A stretch of 64,000 nt of DNA from Pavona decussata (taxonomy: Eukaryota), in the NCBI GenBank assembly GCA_977016875.1, contig CDRNST010000064.1:2356001-2420000 (forward strand). Reading direction: 5' to 3'. Below the pieces are notes generated by a model. The model made no database searches. It was not told the DNA's origin and saw only the letters and a list, made by a program, of their open reading frames with translations. Each line of letters begins with the position of its first letter. Within the stretch, counting starts at the first letter, position 1. Below, in pieces: positions 53,701-64,000 of the stretch. A program made the position numbers and the translations under genes.

Positions 53701-54932
53701 TTCTTGGAATGTTTTATGGAAGAAGTGGTATTCGTGTTGTGGGTTGATCTTTTTCAAACTGGCTTCCTTGAAAACGAAACCTGATATCCGAGCTGCCAGA
53801 TCTTTATACATCTCTTCAAATTTTGCAAGTTCTCCTTCACGAAAAGAAAGACGATCTTCTAACAGGCAGTTCCAAGCTAACTCCCCTAGTGCAAGTAAAC
53901 TCTGCTCAAATTTCTTCTCAAGAGCCTCGTCATCCTGGGGAGCTTTCAACTTATTTTTTGCACAGAATCTTCGTAAAATGCAACGAACAATAATCTGATA
54001 GAGCTCAGTACGGCGAGATGGAAGTTCTCCCTCGTAGTCCTCAAAAACGACACAAAGAAGAAGTAAATTCAGTGGATTGTTTGGTAAAGCATGAAGGAAA
54101 GAGTTTTCCCGGATTGCTTTGATAAGCCTCTCTCCTTTTGACAAATGTTCGGGCCCCAAAAGTCTGAAGTGCTTTCTGATATACTCAAAAGCATCTTTGT
54201 CAGAAAATCCTTCTATTTGCAAAAGGACATCAAAGTTAATGTTCTGTCTCAATTCTATTCCTCTCTCTTGACGCGATGTCCCCAGAAGAAAGCAGAATGG
54301 AAACATTCGTCTGTGAAGCAATCTATCCACGTGATGTTCAGCACCTACAGGTAGCTCGTCAAGGCCATCCAAAATTATAAGAACTTGTTCTTGGTTATGG
54401 ATATCCTGGATGTAATCCCTCAACTCTTTCTTGACGTCGTCATCTTCAGGCAGAAGTTGTTCATTGATGGCTTTTATTATGCTTCCATCAATGTCCCGGC
54501 ATTTCAGAAGTAACACAATATTAAATTCAGGAAATGAACACCCTTTCGGAATTTTTCCATTTGCCCAATCATAGGCTATTTTAAGACAGAAAGTTGTCTT
54601 GCCAATCCCTGGGCTTCCCTCTACCAGCACTGTGGAATCTTCCCCTTTATTTAAAGTGTTAAAGATGTCATACACCTCCACTTCACTATTTTTAAGCTGA
54701 ACACCTCCTGGGAATATCGTATGACGCCGCATTCCAAAGCTGTTGAAGATATCATACATAGCCACTTCGTTATTTTCTAGCCGAAAGTCTGTTTTTCGTC
54801 TTGATAGCATTTTCAATCTTGTATAGACATCTTCAAGAGGTAACTTCAAGGTGTTCTCCCAAAGAAGGGGTCTCAAAAGAGACCGCCTGTTATACTATGC
54901 CTTTAGAAGTCTGACAACAGGGTTATCTTGCC
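50701..54932 (-). CDS. NACHT-LRR terminal exon of NLR-B (intact)
   Basis: GSPGIGKTT, LIILDGLDE, LGTSR, NPLNLLLLC, FFHKTFQEHLAA, then LRRs to SLFGEEEMY*. Phase-1 acceptor at 54932. Confidence 0.95.
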
Positions 54933-57900
54933 CTACAACAAAACAGCAATCACAGTCAAAGATATTCTCTGCGTAGAACAGTTTACTGAAAGCATAACTT
55001 TTAACAGACTGCTCGTGTATGAACTTTCACTTTGATTTGCGCAAGCTTGGTGTCAAAATACATGAATTTGTTCTGAGTGCAAAATAAAAACCTAATAACC
55101 TCCCAACTTCGAATTTAAGTGGTAAATTGCCAGACGTCGCATCTACTTAAACATGGAAACATGGTGGTTGTTTAACTGGCATTTCAATAACACGTGAAAT
55201 CTGAAGACTCAGCCACTGTTATGCGGCTTTCAGTTCTCTGCCACCGTTAATCACAGAACACGTCTTAGAAAACAAAGAAATTCAGCTTAAGACCGACGAT
55301 GTTGAGATTGGCAGATTTCGATCCATTCTGTTAGTTTAAGTGTTAATGGTGTCCCGTTGTTGTCTCCTTAATCATGATTGACAGAAGGTGGGATTTTAAG
55401 ATCAGAGTCTGCATGTTATTCAGTGAAAGGCGCTGTAAAATTTAAAACTTAAATACCTTAAGTACCAACTAAAGTAACTCAGTGGTAGAGCATCCGAACT
55501 AGTAATCAGAAGGTCTTAGGTTCGACTCCTGATAGGAGCACTTGGATTTCTTTTTTCCGAGTATGCCTGCGTCACTTTCTAGAATAATCATCATTCTCAT
55601 TCATTCATCAGGCTGGAAGTATACCATCACATTTCTTTCACATACCACACGTTCGACATTCAAATCCTAGCAGTATGCAGGATGTTTGTCCCATGAACCT
55701 AGTTTAATGGCCTTAGCTCCTGCACGAGTCTCCTGTAGCTCAGTGGTAGAGCATCCGAACTAGTAATCGGAAGGTCTTAGGTTCGACTCCTGATAAGAGC
55801 ACTCGGATTTCTTTTTTCTGAGTATGCCTGCCTCACTTTCTAGAATAATCATCATTCTCATTCATTCACCAGGCTGGAAATATACCATCACATTTCTTTC
55901 AAATCCCATTACTTTTTCTTAGCACTGCCCTTCAGTAAGTCTGGGGGTAGCAGTAAGATACATGTATCAAGATTTCGCTTTGTGTTTATGCAGCAACATA
56001 GCTGCTTTCAAGAAATAGAGGACACAGCTTCAACCTTATCCCAGAATCTTTGTGACACTTGTCATTTTTAACTCGTGAAAATGCGCATACGCATTGTATT
56101 TGGTTGGCCCAGGACTCGAAATATAAGTCGTATTTGACACTGTCTTATTCAGTTATTCCGTATTCTACGCCGCTTAGATTTTAGCCTTTCCGCTCAGCGA
56201 GATTGAACTTCTTGAATAGTTTTATAATTTTTAAGAAAGTTTTAATTTGGAAAATAGTTTGGAGCCTTAAAGTGGTTGGCTTTCAAAGGCGAGTAAAAGG
56301 GAAAAAATATCTCCATTACCTCAGGAGGTTTGAACTCGGGAGCCTTCACTTCAATCGCGGTCTTGAGGAAATTTCAACGGCGGAATGCGGTGCTTTACTC
56401 ACCAAAATAAAAACGTACAAAGACTATATACATCTATCGAGTGTTCTTTAGGCTATTTCTTTCTTAAAAATTGGAAAAAGAAAAAGAAAAAATTATATAT
56501 CTATTATCTCAGGAGGTTTGAACCCGGACACCCTTCGCTTCAATTTCGGCCTTACGGGGCTTACAACGGCAGAATGCGGGGTTTCTCTCTCCAAAAAAAG
56601 AAAAAAACGTACGAAGACTAAATACATCGGTCGAGTTTTCTTTAGGCTATTTCTTTTAATTTCAAACTCCAAAAAAATGTGAAATGTTATAATTGAAGGA
56701 GGAGAGAAACTTAAGCGAGCCGTGAAACCATATTTGAAAGTTTACAGCCCATTGAGTGATCAGTGGAACGAGCGAGTGACATTTCCCCCACATTATGATA
56801 ACTCGTTCATTGTGCATGCACACATTCACGAGTTAAAAATAAGCCTTGCACTTCTACAGTAATTATTATCAATTTCTCTAAGAGTACCACATGGCAAAAC
56901 AGATAATACAACATCTTCTTGACTATATATTCTGCCAACATAGCACATTTTTCAGCTGCTATAAATACATATAAATTAAGGACTTCTACATTTATAGGTA
57001 GTTACCTCTAGAAACAAGAGTAAACGGTCTCGGTCTCTTGGAAGTCTGAGTAGCACTAGGACATGACCTTTTCTTGTTTAATGATGTCTCTTCCCTAGAA
57101 GAATCTGGAATGAAAAATAACAAACAAGAAGATAGAACGACTGGGTTCAAGGTTTTAGGCGGCTGACTGTTTCAGGCAACATATGAGCACTCACTTCTTG
57201 GGAAAAAAAAGGATGAAGAAGTAAAATTGCACTAAATCCTTTAGAAATATTACCAGACACATGCTTCTAGGATGCTTGTATGAGAAAACAGATGCCTTTT
57301 GTTTTCCGGCTAAGGTGTCTGCTCTCGCTGACTACTAGTATTGGTTGCCTAGTTAATTCCTGGCTAGAGGCCTGACTAGGGTCACTCTAGGTTAGTCTGT
57401 CACCTCTAACAGTCCTCCCAAGACAACAAGTGTATATCGAATACAAGTATTAATACTTATTATGTGCATTGCCCTTTTGGTCATCCATAACATCTATAAT
57501 GTTATCGATCACTTTCGAAGGGAAGATGTACATTCAGAGCTGTCAACCTCACACGTCTTTAAATATGGAGAATATGACTTCCCCGGCCATCAATAACAAA
57601 GCGCCTTCCGTTCAGTTGGGTGGGGGACGTACATTAAACAGTACCAGAAACAACGCTAAACATTGCATAATATGCAGAAAATGTTATTTTCTTGCAGAAA
57701 AGTCGACTCTACGATAAAAAGCTAATTTCGTTAATTATCCGGGAGATTAGAGACATAAATCTGGAGACCAGAAGATACGGCTCAAAATCTGGAGATTACA
57801 GACATACATCTGGAGACCGGGAGATAAAGTTCAAAATCTGGAGACTCCCGGATTATCCAGGAGAGTTGACAGCCCTGTTTAACATTGTTCTCATTACTCA

Positions 57901-60900
57901 TTTTAAAAATTCATCGAATGTCTCACGCGTGAAAGTTATAATGAATTCTAGTGCCTGTTTTCTTAGCTCCTTCCTTACAAGACGGAAAAAAATCCTCAAT
58001 GGCATTAATGTCAGGCTTCAGGCGGGTATACGTACATGTAAACTACTATTGAAAGGCCTAGTGCAAAATAAGTGCAAGTAGCAATGTGGCCTTAACAATC
58101 CAAATTTCTCTAAATTTGCACTTATTTAGCATGCACACTTTTCATTCCATATTTGAAAACAAAACTTTCTAATAAAATAACAGAACTGTAGGCCAAAGAA
58201 GGCCGTTCTTTGGATAAATTTGAATTCTACGGGTAAAACCCTTAAAAAATAATTTAAAATAATTAATAAAATAATTAAAAACAATTAAAATAATTCAAAA
58301 TAATTAACAAAATAATTAATATTGTTAATTAGTTACAACACTTTTACTTTTTTTAAGAAGGCCTTGAAAAGGAATAAAAAACGCAAGTTACTACATGTAT
58401 ATTATGGCACAAATATGTGCCCGTTTTCAAAACTGGTATCTGCCCACCTTTAAACAGGTGTATAAACTTCAATAAATATTGAAGTGATAGTTAAGTAGAC
58501 AAATCTGGTTAGCTGGCATTGTTTTACATAATAAGTTCCTCTACCTGGCTTAGATCGAAGGCTGACATAGTGATGTTCATGCAGGTGTCCCAACACAAGC
58601 TGGCTGCTGCTGCTAACATCATGTTCTGGGTGGATAGTTAAGTCATGTGACAGACTGCTGATCACGTGAATGCATGTTTTAAAGCAGTTTGCTGCAGCAT
58701 GGAGAATGACGTGGTCACCCCATGTCCCATCTGCTGCCATGTTTCTTAGGTAATCAGGCCAAGACTGATGTCCATGTACAAAGTTAAACAGTTCCGTGCC
58801 ATCTTGCTGCAAGAGAACAACAAAACAATTAACAAAAAATGTCAAAGTACATTGTGCAACTTCATCCAATGATCAACTGGAGGGTAAAGCTTTTCACTAA
58901 ATTTGGCGAGTGCAGCGATCTGCAACAAACCAAATTATATTGACATTTTAGCATAAAATAAAGGTTAATGTTGGCAAGCAACAACTATTGAGCCTGCATT
59001 ATTACTGCGGTCCACCCTTAACATGTGACTTCCCTATACGGCAGCCTGCTTTGCATCTTATTCTGTGCCAGTCTTTTCAATCGCCACTTTCTTGGAAGGC
59101 TGCAAGTTGAGCAGCCATAACATTAACTGAAACATGTTAACTGTTTCATAATTGAACAACTGAAACATTGGATACAATGCACTTTCAGAGCTTTACTTCG
59201 CTTTAACCCTTTAACCCCTAAGGCAAAACGACATTTTCTCCAGATCCAAGACTACAAGCTCAAGGTCTATGTATGATAAACCATTTTAAAGCTACTCATG
59301 AGTGTATTTCATAACTGATATAATTATGAACGAGAAAAGTTATGGCTTTGAGATAAATGGCCTTAAAACATAAAAATTTAAAACTTCAAAAACGTCCCAA
59401 TCCTTGTGTATATTAGGTATACCCCTAAACTATAGCTTATTTTGCAGGTCTCAACATCTTCATTAATGTGAGAGATGTCTTAAGACCCACAACTTATAGG
59501 GGAAAAAAGTTGAAAAGTTATGGGGGTGGTCAACCATACCACATATGGGAGGGGGTTAAGTTTTTATCCTTTTAATGAGTAGATTTTCACAAGAGCATCT
59601 TGGTGTCAAAAATTCATAGAAATCTGTCAAATATTGACAGAGTTGTGGCATTATGTGCCAAATGGCACTCTTAGGGATTAAAGGGTTAAGTATCCACATG
59701 ATATCAGCCTTTGAGTAATGTACCAACTGTCCAAGAAAATTAGCAACCATAATCTTTAGAATTTGACTTCTGCCTTCTCTTGCAAAATGACAATTAAGTT
59801 TTATCTTGATAGAGGAATTTTCAGTCAGTGACACAGGCATAATGTACTCAGAAAAAGAAACTCTGAATTCTTCCCCCTAACAGAGTTGAACCTTTGACCT
59901 TCCATTTGGATGTTATAGCACTCAGCTACAGGAGACTTGTGGGAGCTAAGACCATTAAACTACATTCATGCAGTGATAAACATCTTTATACTGCTAGGAT
60001 TTGAATGTGATAATATTATTATTGTGTTTATCGTGATGAATCCACAGTAGAGGTATATTTTTCAGTCAGTCACTTTGGCATACTTAAAAAAGAAACTCCT
60101 AATTCTTAAATTGAATTGCTTTTCTAGATTTGTATAACCATAAAATGAAACCAAACTCACTTGTTAGACATTGCCAATACTAACATACCAGTGTAGGGTT
60201 CCCCTTGAGATATTGGACTATGTGTTGCCTCAATGCTTCATGAGAGATTTGGATTCCTTTCACCAGGTCCAGTTGTTCTGACAATGCGTAAAACATGCAA
60301 TTCCCTGAACCTTTGTTGCCCGAAATTTGGAAGCCTTTCTCTGAAGCAATTTTCTTTAACCCCTCTAGAAGTTGTGTCTCGCCGATGATCTTGCCTGCAT
60401 CATATCGCATTTGCTCAAGACCACGGAAAATTTGTTCAGCTCTCATACCTAAACCACCAAAAGGAATGACAAGTGTTTTTCCAAAAACCCTATTACTATA
60501 ATTATATAGAGTATACAAGTATCAAAAATCCAAATAGTATTCAACAAGACATACATGTAGTAATTACATAGCTAACAGTTTTTGCAAATGTTACATGTAC
60601 ATGTTGGCAAATTGTTGTGAAAAGTAATTCTGCCTACCTTCTGTTCCACTTGTCAGATGACTTTGAGAGGCTGCAGGGAAAGGAAGCTGACTGTAACCTG
60701 CTACTGAAGACTGACTTTCACCAGAAAAACCTTCAGAGGGGAAAATTGTAATATGCAAACTTGTATGTTATTATACTCATAATGAAAGACACTGGATGTT
60801 CTTCATTTTGATTGTTTCTGTGTCATGTACCCTAAACTATAATTTACAGAAATAATATACGAATTAGATGATGGTTTCACTGACACACACTGAGTTCTCC

Positions 60901-63900
60901 TCTGCAGAGGTTACATTTGGCTGGTAAACCAGCCAGTAAAATTGAACTAGAAAAAACTAATAAAATATACGTCTACTGATATGATATCACTGTTTATGTA
61001 ATGTTTATTTTTTTTTAATTCACTGTAAGATTGGAATAATACTTATTGATATAGAAATGAACTACGTAGTTTTAAAAAGGATATCTTGTGTTTCTGTGAC
61101 CTCGGCAGGTTCTTGGAGCTCTGTTCTCTGGCAAGGTTGAATGACAACTGATGTCAGTGGCCAGGCAATGGTCCTTTTTTACCAGAACTTCTGGTTTAAG
61201 ATTTTCTATCCTTTTACTGTTCACGTACATGAACAAGTTTTCCTTGACAAGTTTTGTTTTTATTATTTTGACTTGTTTGACTTAATTTACACAACGCAAC
61301 ATATATAAAACTTGCCAAGTTCAGACTTGTTGAGGAAATCATTATTTTATCATGTACATGTACAACCTTGAGGCTCCTTAAAAGGCCATAGAATTATCTA
61401 CAAAGTCAGAAACATCCAAAGTGCTATAATTTGTTCTAGTTATTTGACCTCTCGTGAAAGTATAGGACTAAGTATTACCTGCATAATGTACAATTGAGCG
61501 TTTGCTTGGATCTGTTATACTCGAAACAGATGATACATGTATCGTCCTTTCTGGAGCTAACACATCTTGGGGACAGAAATGATAATCATTAAAGTAAGCC
61601 AATTTGTGGCTGCAATGTGTTAATGATGATGTTGAGGGTAATTAAATAGAAATGTCCTCTGAGACCAGATTCAAATCAAGATCAATATGTAAAACATGTG
61701 CAGTGTGAAACAATCCTGGAGAAAATTATTATTAATTGCATAATAAGAACCTACATCCCAAGCAACAGTACAGAGGTATTTTACAGAATGCCGAACACAG
61801 AATATCTCATTTCCTTCAAACTCTATTTCAACGTAAAGGTTAAAAGGCGACTTTAAATATCGCTCAGTAAAAATTTCAACCGATTGTGTTGCGAGAATAT
61901 AAAGTCTCAAATTGCAAACAGTCATTACAGTACCACACAAACAGAGGGTGGTCTGCCTGTGATTTTACGCTACCTCCATGTACATACCTGTAACACAGTT
62001 TAGGGTTTAACAACAAACTATATTATTTTGGTCTATTTAGCACTCTTCTGTACAATTTAGGGTTTTAAAAAGCACTGCTTATACAGACAGTCGGCTTTAA
62101 GTTTTTGTGATGGCAGACATTTGACATTACAGGACGTCTATGGATTCAGTGTTCAGAGTTCTGCAAAATATGTCCCCTGCTCGTGCAAGCAACATGAATT
62201 CAATGTAACAGCTTACCTCCAAAGTGCTGCCAATCTTTGAAAACCAGTGTATCACTTAGAATGTGAGCAGTAAGGGAAGCAGCCATTATGCTAGCAAAAG
62301 GTCTCCATGAATCTGTTTTATGCTTCTTGCCATCAGCAAAGTCTGAGACACCTTTGATGACAACCCATTCAACATCCAGGTCATGTGCTGCGGTATACAG
62401 ACCTAAAAAGATGTACATAACATGTGTCCCTCTGTGAGATTAAGCAAACAGGAAAAAATAGAAAGCAAGTGATTAAGACAGCCAGTATATTCAAATATTA
62501 ATATTCTACAAGAAGAGATTTAGGTCTGAGCACATGTTGGTCTATAGCTTCAAAATGGTTTCCCTTGACATGCCTGTTCTCCATCAGACACAGTGGCCGG
62601 TCACTAATAAGTTGTTCAATGAGAGCTGTCACTGTTAGACAAACCAGATTGCAGGAAACCATCAAAGGCGACCGGATCTCTTATATTCACCAAGAAAAGG
62701 CAGAGCAAGATTGCCTGAGGTTGGCTACAAGTTATTATGCCCCCAGAGAGATGACTACTACATGTATTTACCATCAGTAAAAAAAATGATCACAGGAACA
62801 GATCATTATTTCAGCAGGTGGTGGTGGATTGATTACATCTCATCAAGAACATTATCAAAATGAACAATTAGCACTTGAATACCACTAGCTTGGTGCTATC
62901 AAGCAATACAAAAGGCACAGGGAGAGGGTAAAAGATAGCTGCCAAAGAATACTCGTAATTATTGTCAAGAAGTCTGACTGAGCAAATGCACTTGGGTAAA
63001 AATATTCACAAATTCTGCAACATGTTTTAGATTGTAATGTATATCTCACTGTAACTCTCCCTTGAACTTAACTTTTGAAACTCCGACGTATGAAATATAT
63101 AATAATCAGTCTAAACATACCAGCTCTATGTGAAACTGCCATCCTAATTATAGAATATCCATTATTTGCGACACAATACTAAATCAGTCTGCAAGTTAAA
63201 GTTACAAAAATGTACAAGCCATAAAACCACAACCTAACTCAAATAAATTATTTATCTCACCACCATGTAGCCTAGGTGTTGTTTGCCGATTCAATGTTTA
63301 TGGTGCAATAGTTGACACCATCGCCTGATAAAGGTCAGCACTTTATTGACCAGCACCTACATTGTATGCTACACAATAGTGTGACAAACAATTCATTTGA
63401 GCTATCAATTTGAACAACAATGACAAACACCTTTCATGAAATGTCTTCTCTTTTGAAACTTTACATTTGATATCCCTACTGCTATGTTGTAATTGTTAAA
63501 CCAGACACACCCTTACCTTCGCCTTCCAATTCAATTGCAACTGCTTGAGGAAATCGTTTGATGAGCTGATTACATCTTTCCTTGTTATCAACTTCCTCTG
63601 GGCCGCTCAGGAACACACCATCTCGGTGCACCTCTACCTCTAGTTTTCCTGGGTCTTTCAAAGGTGCCTCCCAGCCTTCATTTGCATTCTGTACTAGTTT
63701 TGCAAGACGCTTTTTCAAAGGAACACTAATGCCACATTCTTCGATTCCATCCTGAGTAACCTTGCTAGGGGCATAGGTTATCAACTTTTTTGAGACAACA
63801 ATGTCTCCCAGCTTCACTCTTTTGTCATCTAAGCCACTACAGAAACCCACATTGAATAGAGCTTTGGGCCTTAAGATCTTCACAGCATTTAGTACTACAA

Positions 63901-64000
63901 CTGCAGGTCCTTGAATGCTGGAGGAACCCTTATCGCATTTAATTACTGCAATTTTCTGCCTCATCTCATCGCCACCAATATCTCCAAAGTACACAAGACT
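50701..64000 (-). CDS. NLR-B: PNP_UDP (MTA/SAH nucleosidase-like) - linker - OTU - NACHT - LRR; 5' end outside the window
   Basis: In-frame exons: 63517 to beyond 64000 and 62217-62402 (PNP), 60638-60730 (linker), 60189-60448 plus 58545-58806 (OTU), 50701-54932 (NACHT-LRR, stop). All junctions are GT-AG and phase-compatible. Confidence 0.83.
50975..51810 (-). repeat. Coding tandem array of ~9 x 93-bp (31-aa) LRR units in NLR-B
   Basis: Same consensus as in A; includes a near-perfect 186-bp two-unit duplication. Confidence 0.93.
55474..55900 (+). repeat. Tandem tRNA-derived (SINE-like) repeat, ~261-bp unit, ~1.7 copies
   Basis: A box TAGCTCAGTGG and B box GGTTCGACTCC occur twice (~55474, ~55736). 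The anticodon loop is 8 nt (ACTAGTAA) and the acceptor stem is poor, so this is not a functional tRNA. Confidence 0.75.
56315..56655. repeat. Two-copy ~180-bp tandem duplication
   Basis: CTCAGGAGGTTTGAA ... TCTTTAGGCTATTTCTTT occurs twice. Confidence 0.7.
58545..60448 (-). CDS. OTU deubiquitinase-like domain of NLR-B (exons 60189-60448 and 58545-58806)
   Basis: GSGNCMFYALSEQL, DGTWGDH, HHYVSL; exon sizes (260 and 262 nt) are identical to NLR-A. Confidence 0.88.
59207..59685. mobile_element. piggyBac-like MITE specific to the NLR-B OTU intron
   Basis: TTAA|CCCTTTAACCCCTAAG ... CTTAGGGATTAAAGGG|TTAA. Empty TTAA site in A at ~22962. Confidence 0.85.
60638..60730 (-). CDS. 93-nt phase 1-1 linker exon (R7) of NLR-B
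   Basis: GFSGESQSSVAGYSQLPFPAASQSHLTSGTE; donor GTAGGC. Confidence 0.75.
62217..64000 (-). CDS. PNP_UDP_1 / MTA-SAH nucleosidase-like domain of NLR-B (exons 63517-64000+ and 62217-62402)
   Basis: RPKALFNVGFCSGL..KLGDIVVS, GVFLSG, AVAIELEGEG|LYTAA, WVVIKGVSDFADG, WRPFASIMAA follow the motif order of the nucleoside phosphorylase-I fold. Confidence 0.88.

Larger units (their letters stand above)
44298..55075. repeat. Segmental duplication, copy B (pairs with 7843-18515)
   Basis: Colinear with copy A apart from copy-specific insertions and deletions. Confidence 0.92.

Noticed and set aside
55474-55802. Two apparent tRNA-Thr(AGT) genes
   Set aside because: 8-nt anticodon loop, poor acceptor stem, embedded in a longer tandem unit, with decayed copies elsewhere: a tRNA-derived repeat.

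Overview
AT-rich, intron-containing, repeat-dense animal DNA; the gene content and repeat families point to a scleractinian coral (inference). All host genes are on the minus strand. (1) 2959-7012: the last seven coding exons of a PLC-delta-like phospholipase C (end of the Y domain plus C2). I found no further PLC exon in the remaining 57 kb. (2) Two tandem NLR paralogues about 36.5 kb apart, produced by a segmental duplication. Both have an OTU deubiquitinase-like domain, a NACHT domain and an LRR region ending in about nine near-identical 93-bp (31-aa) repeats. They differ in their N-terminal enzyme: NLR-A (14090-28732) has a GT4 glycosyltransferase, and NLR-B (50701 to beyond 64000) has a PNP_UDP / MTA-SAH nucleosidase-like domain. 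Every module is bounded by phase-1 introns, and the modules are separated by copies of a repeated ~93-nt linker exon. A/B homology stops at one of these linker exons, which suggests linker-mediated effector swapping. NLR-A has a 1-bp frameshift near its 3' end. The rest is non-autonomous DNA transposons (several nested), a decayed LINE, tRNA-derived repeats and minisatellites. Coordinates were read by eye, so repeat boundaries are approximate.
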